Program-made: the position numbers and the translations under genes | Assembly (NCBI GenBank): GCA_964106645.2 | Contig: OZ067050.1 | Reading direction: 5' to 3' (one strand) | Origin: Podarcis pityusensis | Taxonomy: Eukaryota | DNA: 64,000 bases | The notes under the pieces: model-generated | Databases searched by the model: none | Told to the model about the DNA's origin: nothing | What the model saw: the letters and a program-made list of their open reading frames with translations, nothing else | In this document: piece by piece, positions 50,116 through 63,050 of the stretch | Layout of the letters: each line of letters begins with the position of its first letter | Numbering within the stretch: the first letter of the stretch is position 1

Positions 50116-51527
50116 CTGCATAATGAGAAGAGAGAGTGTTGCTCTGAGATTTCCCCACCACCACACACACACACACACACTTTCATTTTCTTATCTCAGC
50201 CTCTTTTTCCAAGCTGTCTCCCTCTGCTGGCCATTTTGTTAAAGCAGCACTAGCATTATAGACACTTTGTGCCATGAGAACTGGAGATGCAAACTTGTAA
50301 TCATTACGATGACTAAACTAAAGCTTTCATTGACCAACAGGTGAGGCTGTGTCAGCAAACAGCATGCTTGCCATTTGATTTTTTTGGTATTAAAAGAATG
50401 GCCCTTTTCTCTTTAGTGCCCTTTAACTATTAGCAACAGATTTGTTTGTCTTACATTTCCTTCTGCCTCTCAGAGAGGTATCTACAACTGAGGCCTCGGA
50501 AATGTGACTATTATTATTATTATTATCATTATTATTATTACTTGATCAACCAAGGCAGGCAGTGGGATGAGAGCCCAAAGAAAAATTGTCTTAGGGGAAA
50601 TCAGACCAAAGATTCATCTAGCCTAGCAGTTGTCAGTCAGATGCTGCAGGAAAAGGTAACATGAAGGGTCTGTTGTGCTAGCCATCCCCTATTTATCTGC
50701 ATGATCTGGTGGTCCAGCCTCTAAACCAGCAGGTAAGGTCCCCAAGATAGTCTGACTCCCAGCCATCCTCCACATAATCCTCTAATCCAGAGATGGCTAG
50801 CTTCTGTTTTCTCAGAGGTCACTCTGTTATAGCATAAGGACCAGCACAATCCCTGGATTAGGGTTGTAGCTTAGTGGCAGAACATCTGCTTTCTACATAG
50901 AAGGTTTGAGATTCAATCCAAGCAGAGGCAGGGAAAACCCTGTCTGAAACCTTGGAAGGCTGCTGCTGCATGCCAATGGAGACAATAGTGAGCTGTGTGG
51001 ACCAATATAAGGTGCCAATGGAGAGTACCCATGACTCCTAGAAGTCTCTTTCAAACTTCTTTGCACTGCAGCCTGGAGAAGGGAAGAAGCAGCAAGATTT
51101 TCTCCTGCTGTTTCTTTCATTCTCTGAACTCCATCACAAGCAAGAGAAAATGCATCTTTCTTCCCTCTGTGCCTGCTAATGAGCTCTCTTGGAGTCTTGT
51201 CTCACTTGTGCAGAGCTTTGGAAAAGGTAAGAAACAAACAGCAGAATTCCTGGTATTTCTTGCCTTCTGCCTGCCCGCAATGCAAAGTTGACTTCTTTTC
51301 CAAATTCTGTGCAGTTGCCAGAGGGACTGGAATACAGGCAGTTTACTCTCACTTATGCAGCAGTTTGAAGAAGTAGCAGAGGTGGCCATTTCAGCACCAG
51401 GTGAAGATGGCTTTGTTAGAAGAATTTGTTCTACAAATGTTTTCTACATGAGATGACAAGCCATATTTCCAGTCACTTTAGCTGCTGCTCTTTGGACCCC
51501 TTCCAGCTCCAGCTTTGCCATACTTAC

Positions 51528-51614
51528 ATGGAGGAATATTTTGTAGTCCACATAAGAGTTCCAGGAGCCCTCGTTCTGGACACGAGGATCTTGGACACGC
51601 ACAGTGGTCAGCTC
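51528..51614 (-). CDS. SNX11: SNX11 exon 3 (start of PX domain)
   Basis: ELTTVRVQDPRVQNEGSWNSYVDYKIFLH, 87 nt, cag|...|gtaag. Confidence 0.97.
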
Positions 51615-52258
51615 CTGGGCACGAGGATAGGGGGGAGGCAAAACACAGTCAAAAGTCTCCAATCCCAATACTCCTCCCCACGGCCTCCCATCCCATACCT
51701 TAAGAGGAATAATGGCTCCTAGCCTGGAGAACATCATCCACAAACAGAAACTCTTTAAGCAGATAGAAAAAAAGCCTTGCTAGATCACACCAAAAGTACA
51801 TCTACTTCAGCAGCTTTTTTCAGAGATGGCCAACCAGAGGCACCCAGGAAGTTGAAAAGCACAGGATGAAAGCAACCACATTCCTTTCTTTGTTGCCAGC
51901 AACTGGTATTGTCTTGGAAGATGGAGGTATGGATGCCTTCAAGTACCAGGTGCTGAGGATGAAGGCTAATAGCTGTTAAAAGACTAGTCCTCCCAACTCT
52001 GTCCAGCCCTCTTTTTAAGCCCTGTAAACGAGTATTCTTTATAGGAAGAGATTTCTTTGTATCCATTATTAAGCTGCCTGCTAACAACTGCCCCTCCAAA
52101 CAACAATGGTTTTTGGATGTACAGAACTCTATTATGTTCTCCCTTCATTTTCCAGTAGGTAGATTCTATGGTATATACGCTTCTGTCCCACTTCTTCTGA
52201 AAGGAGTGGAGGGGCTGGTTGAATTTGAATCCACAACCTTACTGAGAAAGAAAGAAAG

Positions 52259-52508
52259 ATGAAGAAGAAGAGTTTGGACTTGATATCCTGCCTTTCACTC
52301 CCCTTAAGGAGTCTCAAAGCGGCTAACAATCTCCTTTCCCTTCCTCTCCCACGGCAAACACTCTGTGAGGTAAGTGAGGCTGAGAGACTTCAGGGAAGTA
52401 TGACTAGCTCAAGGTCACCCAGCAGCTGCATGTGGAGGAGTGGGGAAGTGAACCCAATTCACCAGATTACAAGTCCACTGCTCTTAACCACTACACCATG
52501 CTGGCTCT
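52259..52508 (-). mobile_element. Squam3-like SINE in SNX11 intron 2
   Basis: Reverse complement of the 15140/26981 family with (CTT)n tail. Confidence 0.88.
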
Positions 52509-53276
52509 CGGAAAGAAATAAAGAAAGGTCCTCTAGCTCACCAAACCACACAGCCTGAGCAAATAATGAAAGGCACAGTCCCCTCCATTGCTGGCATATG
52601 GGGGCATGAGTTGAATCCTTGGGGTAATCAGAGGGAAATCACAGTGACTAAGCAACTGTGTACCATACTAGCAGATTTTTGTGCTTGAGCCTGTTGAACC
52701 TGATTCACACAAGCAAGCTGAGTAAGTGGGAGGTGGGATGGAACACAGACTGAATGGCATGCCTGACTCTACAGGGATCCGGGATCCGCGTACAGTCCTG
52801 TGTACCAAAGCAGTTGCGCACTGAGCCTTCCACGCCGCCCCCCCCCCCAGTGATTCTTTAGATTAGAGCATGTGGGAGTTGGGGGGGATGACGACACAGC
52901 AAACAGAGGGGCGTGAATCTTTTGTGGTTCTGAACCAAACAAGCTTTTGGTTATGAGACGGTTCTTCCATTCCCAAGTCTGTTGCATTTAACATGTAACC
53001 AGGAAATTATGGTGTCCAAAAATGTAACATTGGGAACAAAACCACCTATACCAATGCTGCTTTGGTCTCTATCTTCCAGGAAGGTGGCAAAAGGACTGGC
53101 ATAGACATTGGTAAGTGTGTATCTTTCTCCCTCATTTAGGACATGGCCAGGTCAAACTCAAGACTTCCCAGAATTTCTCCTTCCTGGATAATGACAAGTT
53201 TTTGTTTTTTGTTTTGTTTAACATGCATACAGGAGATGTGTCACGTAATCACATGTGTTAATGACCAAAGTCTTAC

Positions 53277-53300
53277 CTCTTCTACTTGATGTTCTAACAT
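53277..53300 (-). CDS. SNX11: SNX11 first coding segment (exon 2 spans 53277-53328)
   Basis: ATG TTA GAA CAT CAA GTA GAA GAG|gtaag = MLEHQVEE, phase 0. The preceding in-frame LGCGCR parallels recalled human MGFWCR-MSENQEQE. Acceptor ...ctccctgcacag| at 53329. Confidence 0.85.
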
Positions 53301-55659
53301 CCTACATCCACATCCCAGAGGGACGCATCTGTGCAGGGAGAGAAAAGGATATCCAATCAACACTGAGTGCAAGTCAGCACTTTAAACCTCACCCCAGGTT
53401 GTTCCTTAACTGCTATAGTATTTGCACTCCATTAACCAAATTATTAAATAAATATCAGAGCCTGCTGTAACACTCACTAGGAAGGAAATGGAGTATTTCC
53501 AGAAGTCAGCTTCCTGGACATTTCATATTTTTTAAAAAATAGAATAATGCTTCTGGTCCTTTTTGCTATACTCCAGAAATACAGAAGAGGAAATACATTC
53601 TGACCTCTGCCACAAGCCAGAGAACTAAGAGCCAGCAGATATTATCCAAGTGCAATGGGAAGGTTGTCCTGGGATTCTGAGGATCAAGTCCCACTTGAAT
53701 CACTGACTCACTGGGTGCCCTTAAATAAGTCACTATCTCAGTGTTGTCCCCTAGCCAGGTTATTGTATGTCAAAATACTGTTTTTAAGTACCTCATTCCT
53801 AAATCCATTAAGCACACACAGGAGGTTACCCCTGCCCTCAGTTCTGCCCAGTGATGTATTTTACAGGGTTTTTGAGAGAGTAACAATCAAAGTATTGGAA
53901 ACACTTTACTACTCCAAAGCACAACCGTATTCAGCATTCCATTGCTGGTAAAACCATGGCTAGTTTTTCACACAGCAGTGGCATCACCTGGAATCACCTT
54001 CCTTGTGGGAAGATAACATGATAAATGCCAACTCTATTAGACTTTGTGGAGGTACTGTCTTGGGAAACGGTGGGTAAGATGCCCTTAGCAAACCCCCTTC
54101 CTCCTCATTGCTGTGACCACTGCCCATTTGCTAGCTCTCTCCCTCTGGACCCAATCCATACAGCTTCCCAGAAGGAGATGGCAAGAGGAGCAGAGGAGGC
54201 TAGTGCTACTACTCCTTTTGCAGCTCAGTTGCTTACAGTGAAAAGGCCAAGATAGCAAAGGGGTTGGTAGTGACCCTTGGTTGAGGCATGGATCTCAGCA
54301 CATGCCTGAAATTATCAACCTTAAATACTGGCCCTACACAGACACAATTTTCAATAACCAAAGTAATGCAGGACTTTGGCAAAGGAGAGGGGGAATACTG
54401 CATTATATTTACATATAGGATGGGGAGCTGGAAAGACTTGCTAAAAGGGAATCATTATTCTCCCTTTCTATTGGGCAAGAGTGGGTAATTTAAGCAAACC
54501 ACCAGTATCAGTTAGGCTAATCTGGCTTGCTGTGGTTTCTGTAGCACTTTCATTGACTTGCAAAACACTCTACAACCCTTATCTGATTCTCACAACAGCC
54601 TTGTCAAGTTGGACAGGACTGATTCCATTTCCATCTCCAAAGATTCCCCAATCTGCTCTTAAAAATGCCATTAGGAGGGATATTGTGATGGACATGAATG
54701 TCAAGTATACTGAATGTTTGAAGTCTTTAAAGTACATACTAGGAAACTCATTTGTATTTTTTTGCTGCAAGAGGCTATTTGGAAGTTGTTTTACCTCAGG
54801 GTGGCAAACACATTCACCCCCTTTCCATTGGAACAGGTTCCAAGTCCTCCAGAATTTAGGAAAGGATCTGCAACCAAAGTTGAGGAACTAGAAGTATTCA
54901 CTGGGCTGGATTTGAAAAACCTACAAAATCGAAACAAAAGGAGCTCTGAGGATCACAGGAAAAATAAGTATGATTTAGGTCTCAATTTAGCTATGACTCA
55001 AAAATATTCAATCCTGGAACCTGGGGAATGCTGTGTCTGGGCACATGCAGAATGTTTCCCCCCACCTCTGACTCGCCACTGTCACTGCCATGCCTAGGGC
55101 TCAAAATGACAGACACCTTCCCTACCTTTAAATAAACAAAGCTTCCTCTGTCTGTAAGGAAAATGTCATTAAAGAAGGATATTATCAGCAGGAGGCTGAT
55201 GTGGTGCTGCACAGATGATTAACTAGTTGTTGGTTCCTTATTTGCTAGGAAGTTCAAAACACCCAGCTCAATCAGAAAACTTGTAACAACACCACCTAAG
55301 GTTTTTATGTCCTTAAACCCCACAAATAAGCTCTCGTCTGTCCTGTATCAAATATATCCTTGCTCAGGAGACTCTGCCTTTTGAGATCCACAGTTATTAT
55401 TCCCTGCCCTCCTGCGGTGCAGTAGGTCAGTGTGTCTGGCTGTCGGTGGTTTGGGCCTACTACCCAGTGAAGTGCCAACTTGTATGGAAGTGAAAGCAGG
55501 GCCACATAGAGGGAAGAACAGAGTAGGGACACGGCAAGTATGCAGAAAATAGGGAGAGAGAGAAAGTCCAAAAATGGAAAGACCAAGGGAAGGGAAGAAC
55601 AAGTCCTCAAGTGTCAATGTCACCTATGAATATCATCCGCAGGAAAGGGTAAACAATTG

Positions 55660-55698
<39 letters not shown>

Positions 55699-57289
55699 CA
55701 GTGTTTGGGGCTATGGCAGCCACCCCTGAACCTTCTGATAACACTATCCCAGCACTGTATGGGACAGTCTGGGATGGGAACCGAACTTAGGCACTGCAGT
55801 TCTGTTTTACTGCTCAAAAAAACTGCATACACATGCATATACTTCTTCCTCTTTTTGAACAGTAAGCCCAGGGTGTCTAAGTGCCAATACAAGTCCTCAA
55901 ATCTGTTTGTGTTTTTGCTCACTCCAGTATCTTGGAAACAAAAGTTCAGTATGTAAATAACCTTTTAAAATTATTATTCAGGACCTGCCTCAGCAGCCCT
56001 TCCCTTTACCAGGGCTTAGCCTCAGATTCCATTCCCAGTCTTGCGGAAACATGCAAGAATTCTAGCATGTGCATGATTCCAGGTCAGGGATCATGGCTTT
56101 CAAATAGGCTACAGTCCAAACACTCCCCTCTGTTCCTGGCCCACACATATTTGACCTTTAACATCATACATAATCCCAATTTATTCCTATCAGGAATGTC
56201 TGGTAGTGGGTTTTCTGCATCGGGGGTGGGGGGTTGGACTAGATGACCTTTGAGGTGCCTTTCCAACTTTGTGATTTGGTTACCACTAGAGAAAGCAGGT
56301 GCCATCAAGGCAATACCAGACCTCCCACAGGCAGTCAATAACATGGGGATTAACAGCACTGACTCAGCTTCTTCACTAACCCTTATAACAACCCCTTAAT
56401 GCTGCAGGTGCTCTGCATCCTGGATGCACTACATAAGTACCAAGCATTAGTGTTATCCCATGCTGCAATCCTCAGCTACTAGAAGATAAAAGAAGAGCCT
56501 AATTGAGCCTGGTGCCTGCCGACTAGTCCACGTAGAGATATAAACCCTGCCTGCTTTTCTGCTGGGTGTCAAAATCCTCACTTCAGTTGTCTCAAGTTAG
56601 TAGCTACTCAGAATCTCTTACCATTAGTAGTGTCAGCTTTAAAAATAAATGAGAAGGATCAATATTTTCTGGGGAGAAAATGTTGCATCCCCATGCCACT
56701 TCTCCCACAGACTTGACCCAAGAAGCACTTTCCTCCTGCTTCCTCCAATAATAGGTCTTCTCAGACCCTACACCACAAGCAGGCAGGAGGAGGAAGGGCA
56801 CAGGGGAAGTGGTGAGGGGGCAGGTCTAGTATGTTCCAGTGTGTTTCAATGCTTCTGGTTTGCACACCGTGCTTAGGAGAAGGGTGTGTGTGTTTGTGTG
56901 TAAGTAACACAAGCACTTTGCTAGTTTACAGACAGGCAAGGGGAAACTATGCAGAAGTTATGAAATGCCAACAGACCTATAACAGTAACAGGGGAGGGAC
57001 GGGTGTCTCAGGAAATAACTCGAGGGGGTGGTGTCCAATGCTAACCTTACTCAAGGCCCATGGAAACCAATGCTACATTTTTGAACTCTCTACCTAGTGG
57101 CATCAGGCAGGCTCTTGTGTTCCACTATGTTTGTGAGTGCTTTGAGTGGTATTTAGTTTATTACTGTTTCTATTTTTATATTAGTTGTTTCTCCCCTCTT
57201 TGTAAGCCACTTCGAGGCTAGTGGGGGTATGAAAAATTATTTCATAAATTTTATGAAATAAGTAATAGACATAACTAACTTAAGTTTCA

Positions 57290-58220
57290 ACGGGTAGCCG
57301 CTGAGCACGGCCCAAGATCTCCAGCCCTCTTAAGGTTACATCGGAAATTTACCAGGTGCTTAATTCAAGCATTCAAGTATCCCGACTGGCGGCAATCGTC
57401 CATGATCTAAAACAGATACGTTTCCTAGCCCCGCTACTCTCAAGATCCTTACAGCTTGATATGCCTATTTCTTTCTGTCCGCTTATACCACCTTCCTCCC
57501 ATAATGGAGCTGCAGGCAGTAGACACGGGATTCCGCCTGACCAGCCCCGACCTGCCTAGATGCATCGCGCGCCTTCGGGGGAGCAACAGGATCGTCTGCC
57601 AGCAAAGCGTCCTGCCTGGCCGAGGTATGCTTGTCCTCCCGACTCTTCGCTGCTGCTTTACGCCACAGTCCTCCTCCCGACACCCCTGTCCACGCCAACA
57701 TGCAGTCCTGTTTCTGTGCTTAACAGGCACCCCCGTTTCCACGCCCAGCCCATGCACACAATCACAGCACCAGCCTAGGCGACCTACGATCGCCACCCGC
57801 GCCCCTCCTTTCTGCAATCGTTGCTCTGTACTTCCTTCATCATGCCGAAGTCCTCTCCGTTAATTCCTCCCCATGTCTCACTTCCCACCCTCCCTCCTCG
57901 CTTATTGAACACTGCACGCTCTTTTTAAAATAAAATGTTTTAAAAGGGCGCAGCTCTGGTGCCTCCTCGTCTTTCACACCTTCTATCCAGCTGCACCCCG
58001 CTTTCCGCTTACTGACTTGTTTTGTTTTCTTGCAACGACCCGCCTAAGCTGCTGTTGTTGCCGCGGCCCCTTTAAAAATGTCCGAGCCCGATCGCTTCAG
58101 CTTTAAAAGCGGGGTGGGATTTTCTTTCCCACGTGACCTCCTTTTTTCTCGGCGGCGTGAGCCGTGCTGGCTGATGGGAAATGCAGTTTCGAACCGCAGC
58201 AAGAATTAATACCCCGAAAG
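57290..58220 (-). promoter_or_regulatory. CpG island / SNX11 promoter
   Basis: High CpG density versus flanks; TATA-like TTTAAA elements; E-box GTCACGTG at 58130-58137. Confidence 0.8.
58013..58060 (-). other. SNX11: Probable non-coding exon 1 of SNX11
   Basis: Donor ca|gtaagc at 58012 inside the CpG island, just downstream of TATA-like TTTAAAGGGGCC (58065-58076). TSS approximate. Confidence 0.6.
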
Positions 58221-60791
58221 GATGATATTTCAGCTGTGCGTTCTGCTCAAAGACTGTGGTTTGCAATTTGCATCCTCTATAAATGCAAACGTTTCCTCCG
58301 GATTAATTCATCCCAAACAAATGTAACTGCATGTTCTGATCGGTACCTTATTGTATAGCACTATCTTAAGCATGCTTACTCGAAAGCAAGTCCCGCTGAA
58401 TTATATAGCACTTATAGGATTGTTGGAGTGAGGGTTGTCTTGAAGTTCTGTTTAGAGTAGACCCATTGAAATTAATGACTTGGGCTTAATCGTGTCTACT
58501 CTGAGTAGGATTAGCATTGGATACAGCCCTCAGTTTCCTTTTAACTGACTTTTGCAACACAATCCTATGTATCTCTACTCGGAAGTAAGTCCTACTGGGT
58601 TCAATGGGCTTTCCTCCCTGTAAGGGAATGCAAGCCTTAAACATAAGGTGGTGCAGTTATGCTGCAATCTTTTGTGCTTACATAGTTCAAATTGCTTCTG
58701 AATAAACATGCATATGGTCAGTCTATTAGAATTCATGCATCACATGAATAGACACAGTGTGTGCTGGGGAAGAGACTGGACCCATTAGGCAGGGGAAAGG
58801 CTAGGCTGGAATTCTCCCTGTGATTCTAACACTTCCTAGGGAAGCATTCAAACTTTTCAATTCCCTCTAGCACATGTGTATATTCTGAAGTGGCAAAGTC
58901 CCAAACACGACAATTTCCTCCCTGAAGGTTTAGATTACCACTAAGCTACTTTAAACACATTCCAAGTGAAAGGACACATTTCACTGAACCAAATAATGTC
59001 CCCAGATTTATTCTGTATTAAGAAGGTGCCTGTTCTATGATGGGAGATTCAACACATCCCTTTGTTACACTTCTGTCACAGAGCTGAGTCATCCAGTGTC
59101 ATGAATGGAAGAAATGTTACCTTCACTGAAGCCATGTCCTCAAGTTCAGTACTGTACTTTCCCCACTAAGAATGAATAGCAATCATCCACATGAAGGAGG
59201 AAAGAAGGGGTTGCAATAGGGACTGCCTTCAGCATAGGAGCTAAAATGTCCCTTGCTCCCCGTAACTCTAACCTACTTCTATTTCCACAGTCCCTTTCTG
59301 AGTTTGTTTCTTGGGGTGAAAACAAATGTAAATTTCCTTTTGAGGCTGCAACCCTTGGAATGATCTCCCCATTACTGAGCTATCCTGTATGGATAGGATT
59401 ACGCTGTCAGTGGTACAGGTGGCTTCTGGTGTCACTTCCACGTGGTTTAAATACTTCACATCAAATGCTTTTTGAAAGACTAAGATTGCACATTTTCATT
59501 TGTCACACAAGTTTTAATTCCCCCAAATGCAAAAACACTAAGAATTTCAAGCCTCTATTCATCACTATTTAATATGTGCTAAGATTCTGTCCCTGATGCA
59601 TTATGCTGCATCATTTATTGTAAGCCACTCAAATTCTCTTAAGAAAAATAATTGAAATTTCTAAATCATAAAAGGATTGTGTGGGGGGGGGGGAGTCAGA
59701 ATATATTATTATGGACCATCCTATTCTGCTGTACAACTGAAGATATTTCCTAAGTTCTCCTATATAGCCTTCAAGTTGATGGTTTAACAGCAGGTGTTGC
59801 TTTTCCGTCAGTGGCCTATCGTGTTAATTTGTTTGTTTTTAATCTAAAAGTCCATCCGGAAAGTACCTAAAGCCAGGAGAGAGTGGCTGGTGGTGTCGAG
59901 AAACAAGATACTGGATTTTATAGGCCTTTGGTCAGGTTTGATCCAGCAGGGTGCTTCTTAAAGCCAGATCAGAAGATGCTTTGTTTTGGGGGCTGCTGTT
60001 GATTCTGAAGCTGCTGTTTTTACAGCTTGTGTGCCTACTTGCTTCCCACCTGTTCAACCTGTATATGTTAATCTGTAAATAGAGAAAGTCTTTAGTGCTG
60101 TCTTCCCCGGAGGAAATTGATGCTGCAAAGCTCCCCTGGGTATGGGAATCAAATTTTCTTCTGCTCACATTCATGTTGAGTCAAAAATAGCTCCTTCCTA
60201 TTATTTGGGATGTACAGTACTGAGTATTGTAATCCACTTCAGCACACAAATTCAGAACGAAAAGAACTACAGTATGTTCCTGGGTATTGTCTGCCATGAG
60301 ACTACAACTCCCAGGAGGCACAGCAACCTCCTGTTTGTAGTGTTGTTAGACTGAAAGTTAATGTCCAGTCAGATAGGTGGCGAATGGAAAGTCTTCGGAC
60401 AGTGTAGTAAGTCCAGAAATGAAACTTCTCGGTTCCTTTACCATGCCCCTCTTCTTGCCTATTCATTGGAAACAATGGAGAAACCCAGGATTTTTGCGCT
60501 GCTGTGATTGAATACCAGTGTGTCCACTAAAAAGGCAGCAGCCATGGCGACAAAAATTAGGGCTTTTCTGATATTTCGCCTGAAGAACTGTCCTTTAAAC
60601 TTTTCAGGCATTAAAAGAAACCTGCCCTGTGTCAATGAAATACTGTACATGCTTCACATACTGCAGAATGGGGGTGGCTTACCTTGCAAGCCAAATCCTG
60701 CATTCAGTTGTAACACAAGCTTTGTGTTTCATTGGCTTGCATGCAACTAAGCTGCGCTTGTTAAAAGCTGCAATTCTGTAACCACTTTCTT

Positions 60792-61662
60792 TTTTTCCTT
60801 CAGATTTTTTTATTGATTTTAACAGATATAACATATAAAACATACAAAAGAAAGAACATTACAATACTAAAAGAAAAAAGAAAACAAAAATAAAAACACA
60901 TATTCCTTCTGAAGTTCACTTTAAATTCCATTATTAACTGACTTCCTCAAATCCCCCCTAACTGAATTTCATTGTATCACCTTGTAACAGTTCTCCAAAA
61001 TCATCTTTCTACTACAATTTACTCCTTCAGTTTACTATCTTCATCTCTTTTCTTATTGACTTAAATCCATATTACTATTCAACATTCTTATTCTAATCCT
61101 AGGCCTATTTGATACTTTCAAGTACCATCTAATTATCTTATATTACAGTATTTAGCTAAATAATCTTTAAATTTCTTCCAATCTTCTTGATGCTCCTCTT
61201 CTTTCTGATTGCGGATTCTTCCAGTCAGGTCAGCCAGCTCCAAAACTCCAACATCTTCATCTGCCATTCTTCTGCCGTTGGTATTTCTTGAGATTTCCAA
61301 TTTTTGGCTAATAACAGTCTTGCCGCTGTAGTGGCATACAAAAATAGTCTAATATCTTTTTTGGGCAATTCCAGTCCTATTATTCCAAGTAAAAAGGCTT
61401 CTGGTTTCTTAAATGTATTTTTCAACATTTTTTTCAACTCATTATAAATCTTTTCCCAGACGTCTACCACATATGATAAAAAGTACCTTCTTTTTCTTTA
61501 CACTTCCAGCATAAATTATCATTTGTATGATAAATCTTTGCTAATTTTACCGAGGTTAAGTACCACCTACACATCATTTTCATGTTTTCTTTTAATACCG
61601 GGCGTGCAGTAAACTTAACCCCTTTCTTCCACATCCTTTCCCAGTCTTCCATCATTATATGC
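60792..61662 (-). mobile_element. 5'-truncated L1-clade LINE with TSD
   Basis: ORF2 C-terminal peptides CWKCKEKEGTFYHMW and KKPEAFLLGIIGLELPKKD; A-rich tail; direct repeat AACCACTTTCTT at 60780-60791 and 61663-61674. Confidence 0.9.
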
Positions 61663-61759
61663 AACCACTTTCTTGAGAGTAAGCCTCATTGAACTCAGTG
61701 GATCTAACTTCTGAGTAGAAGACGCGTATAGGATTCTGCTTGGAACCTCTTTCAAAAAC

Positions 61760-63050
61760 CACGATTAGAAAAGAAAAGAGGAAGCTTTTGTTTTCGCGGC
61801 GTGTGTGCTTGTGTTTGTGTCTGTGTTTTGCTGTCCATCGCGGCCGTGCTGCGCTCTCAATGGCTACTTGCGTGAAAAGACTCGCAAGTAAGCGACGTAC
61901 GCGAGTCTATATCCTACGTCTACGGGTAGAGGAAGGAAAAAGACAACATCCGGTCCCAAAATGCCGCGGGCGAGAGGAGGTCTTGGAGGGAATTAGAAAG
62001 GGGCGTAGGAGGAGAAGCAGGAGCATGCGCAGTGCGTCTCGGCGGGCCGAAGGGGTTGCAGCGCTCTTTTGTTTGGCGGAGGTGGAGCGAACGCGGGAGG
62101 CCCGTTGTCCAACCGTCGCTCTGTTCTGCTTTGAAACGAGACCGGCTCGCTCCGTGCGCCGCTCGCCTCTCTCCCGCCCGTTTGTTTTTATTTCCCCTCG
62201 TGCGTTGTTGGCGGGGCTGAAGAAGGTAAAACGGGCAGCGCGGGGTGGGGGCGCGCGCAGGGGGCCAACATCGCGCGCGCGGGCTGGACGGCCATATTGG
62301 GGGGTGCTGAGGGAGGGGGGATATTCCTGGGTGAGCGGGGGCTCCTCTTGGGAAGAGAGGTGCAGTATTTAAAAATGGGGGGCGGGCTTTTCTGGGCAGA
62401 AAGGAAATAGGCACAGTGCTTTCTGAGGAGGGAGGCGAAATACGTGAGTTGGGAGTGGAGACGGCTATGGCTCTTCCTAAGTGCGCCTGTGGGTGTGGGG
62501 TCCGAAAAGTGGGGGGGGGGAAGGAAGCGCATAATGTGTGGGGGAGCTATTTCAAAAGGGGGAGACGTGGAGTGGACAGGGCAGAAGGAGGGGTGCAATG
62601 GGAGGGGGGACCCGCGTACATAAGGTGCGGCATTTGCTGGGGAGCGTGGTTTCATGTGGGAACGGGGAAATCGTGAAGGCGTTGGTAGTAAATAACGGTC
62701 GGGGGGGGGCCTTAATGAACGCGTACAGGAATGTGGAGAAAGGTTTCCTGAAAGAAGCTGTAGCGGTATCATAAATAGGGATGTCCAAATACAAGGGCCG
62801 GAGGAGGGAGCCTGTGTGTGCGCGCCCGCGCATTTTTAATAGGTGTTCGAGGAAGGTGCTCCAAAGATGACGAAGGGGGTGATGTGTGGAAGAATGGATG
62901 TAAAAAATACTAAGGGGGGGATGGTTGCAAGAAGAAGTGTGAGTGCAGTGGGTGGTGAGTGCAGTGGGTATAGGTCCGTCCGTCCTTCCCCGCCCCCGAA
63001 AGTGGGAGGAAATATGCAGAAAAGGGATAATAGGGGTGGGTTTACGTGGA
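61760..63050 (+). promoter_or_regulatory. CpG island promoter divergent from SNX11, probably CBX1 (HP1-beta)
   Basis: Very CpG/GC-rich; NRF1-like GCATGCGCA near 62022; E2F-like TTTTCGCGG near 61791; G-skewed downstream tract typical of intron 1. Identity from vertebrate gene order only; no CBX1 coding exon is in the window. Confidence 0.75.
62060..62225 (+). other. Probable non-coding exon 1 of CBX1
   Basis: Donor gaag|gtaaaa at 62226 within the CpG island; start approximate. Confidence 0.5.

Noticed and set aside
57356-57863. ORFs of 120-135 aa in SNX11 intron 1
   Set aside because: CpG-island composition, low-complexity peptides, no homology recognised
61740-62833. Long overlapping ORFs (164-210 aa) on both strands
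   Set aside because: Explained by stop-codon scarcity in a GC-rich CpG island; no chromodomain or other homology
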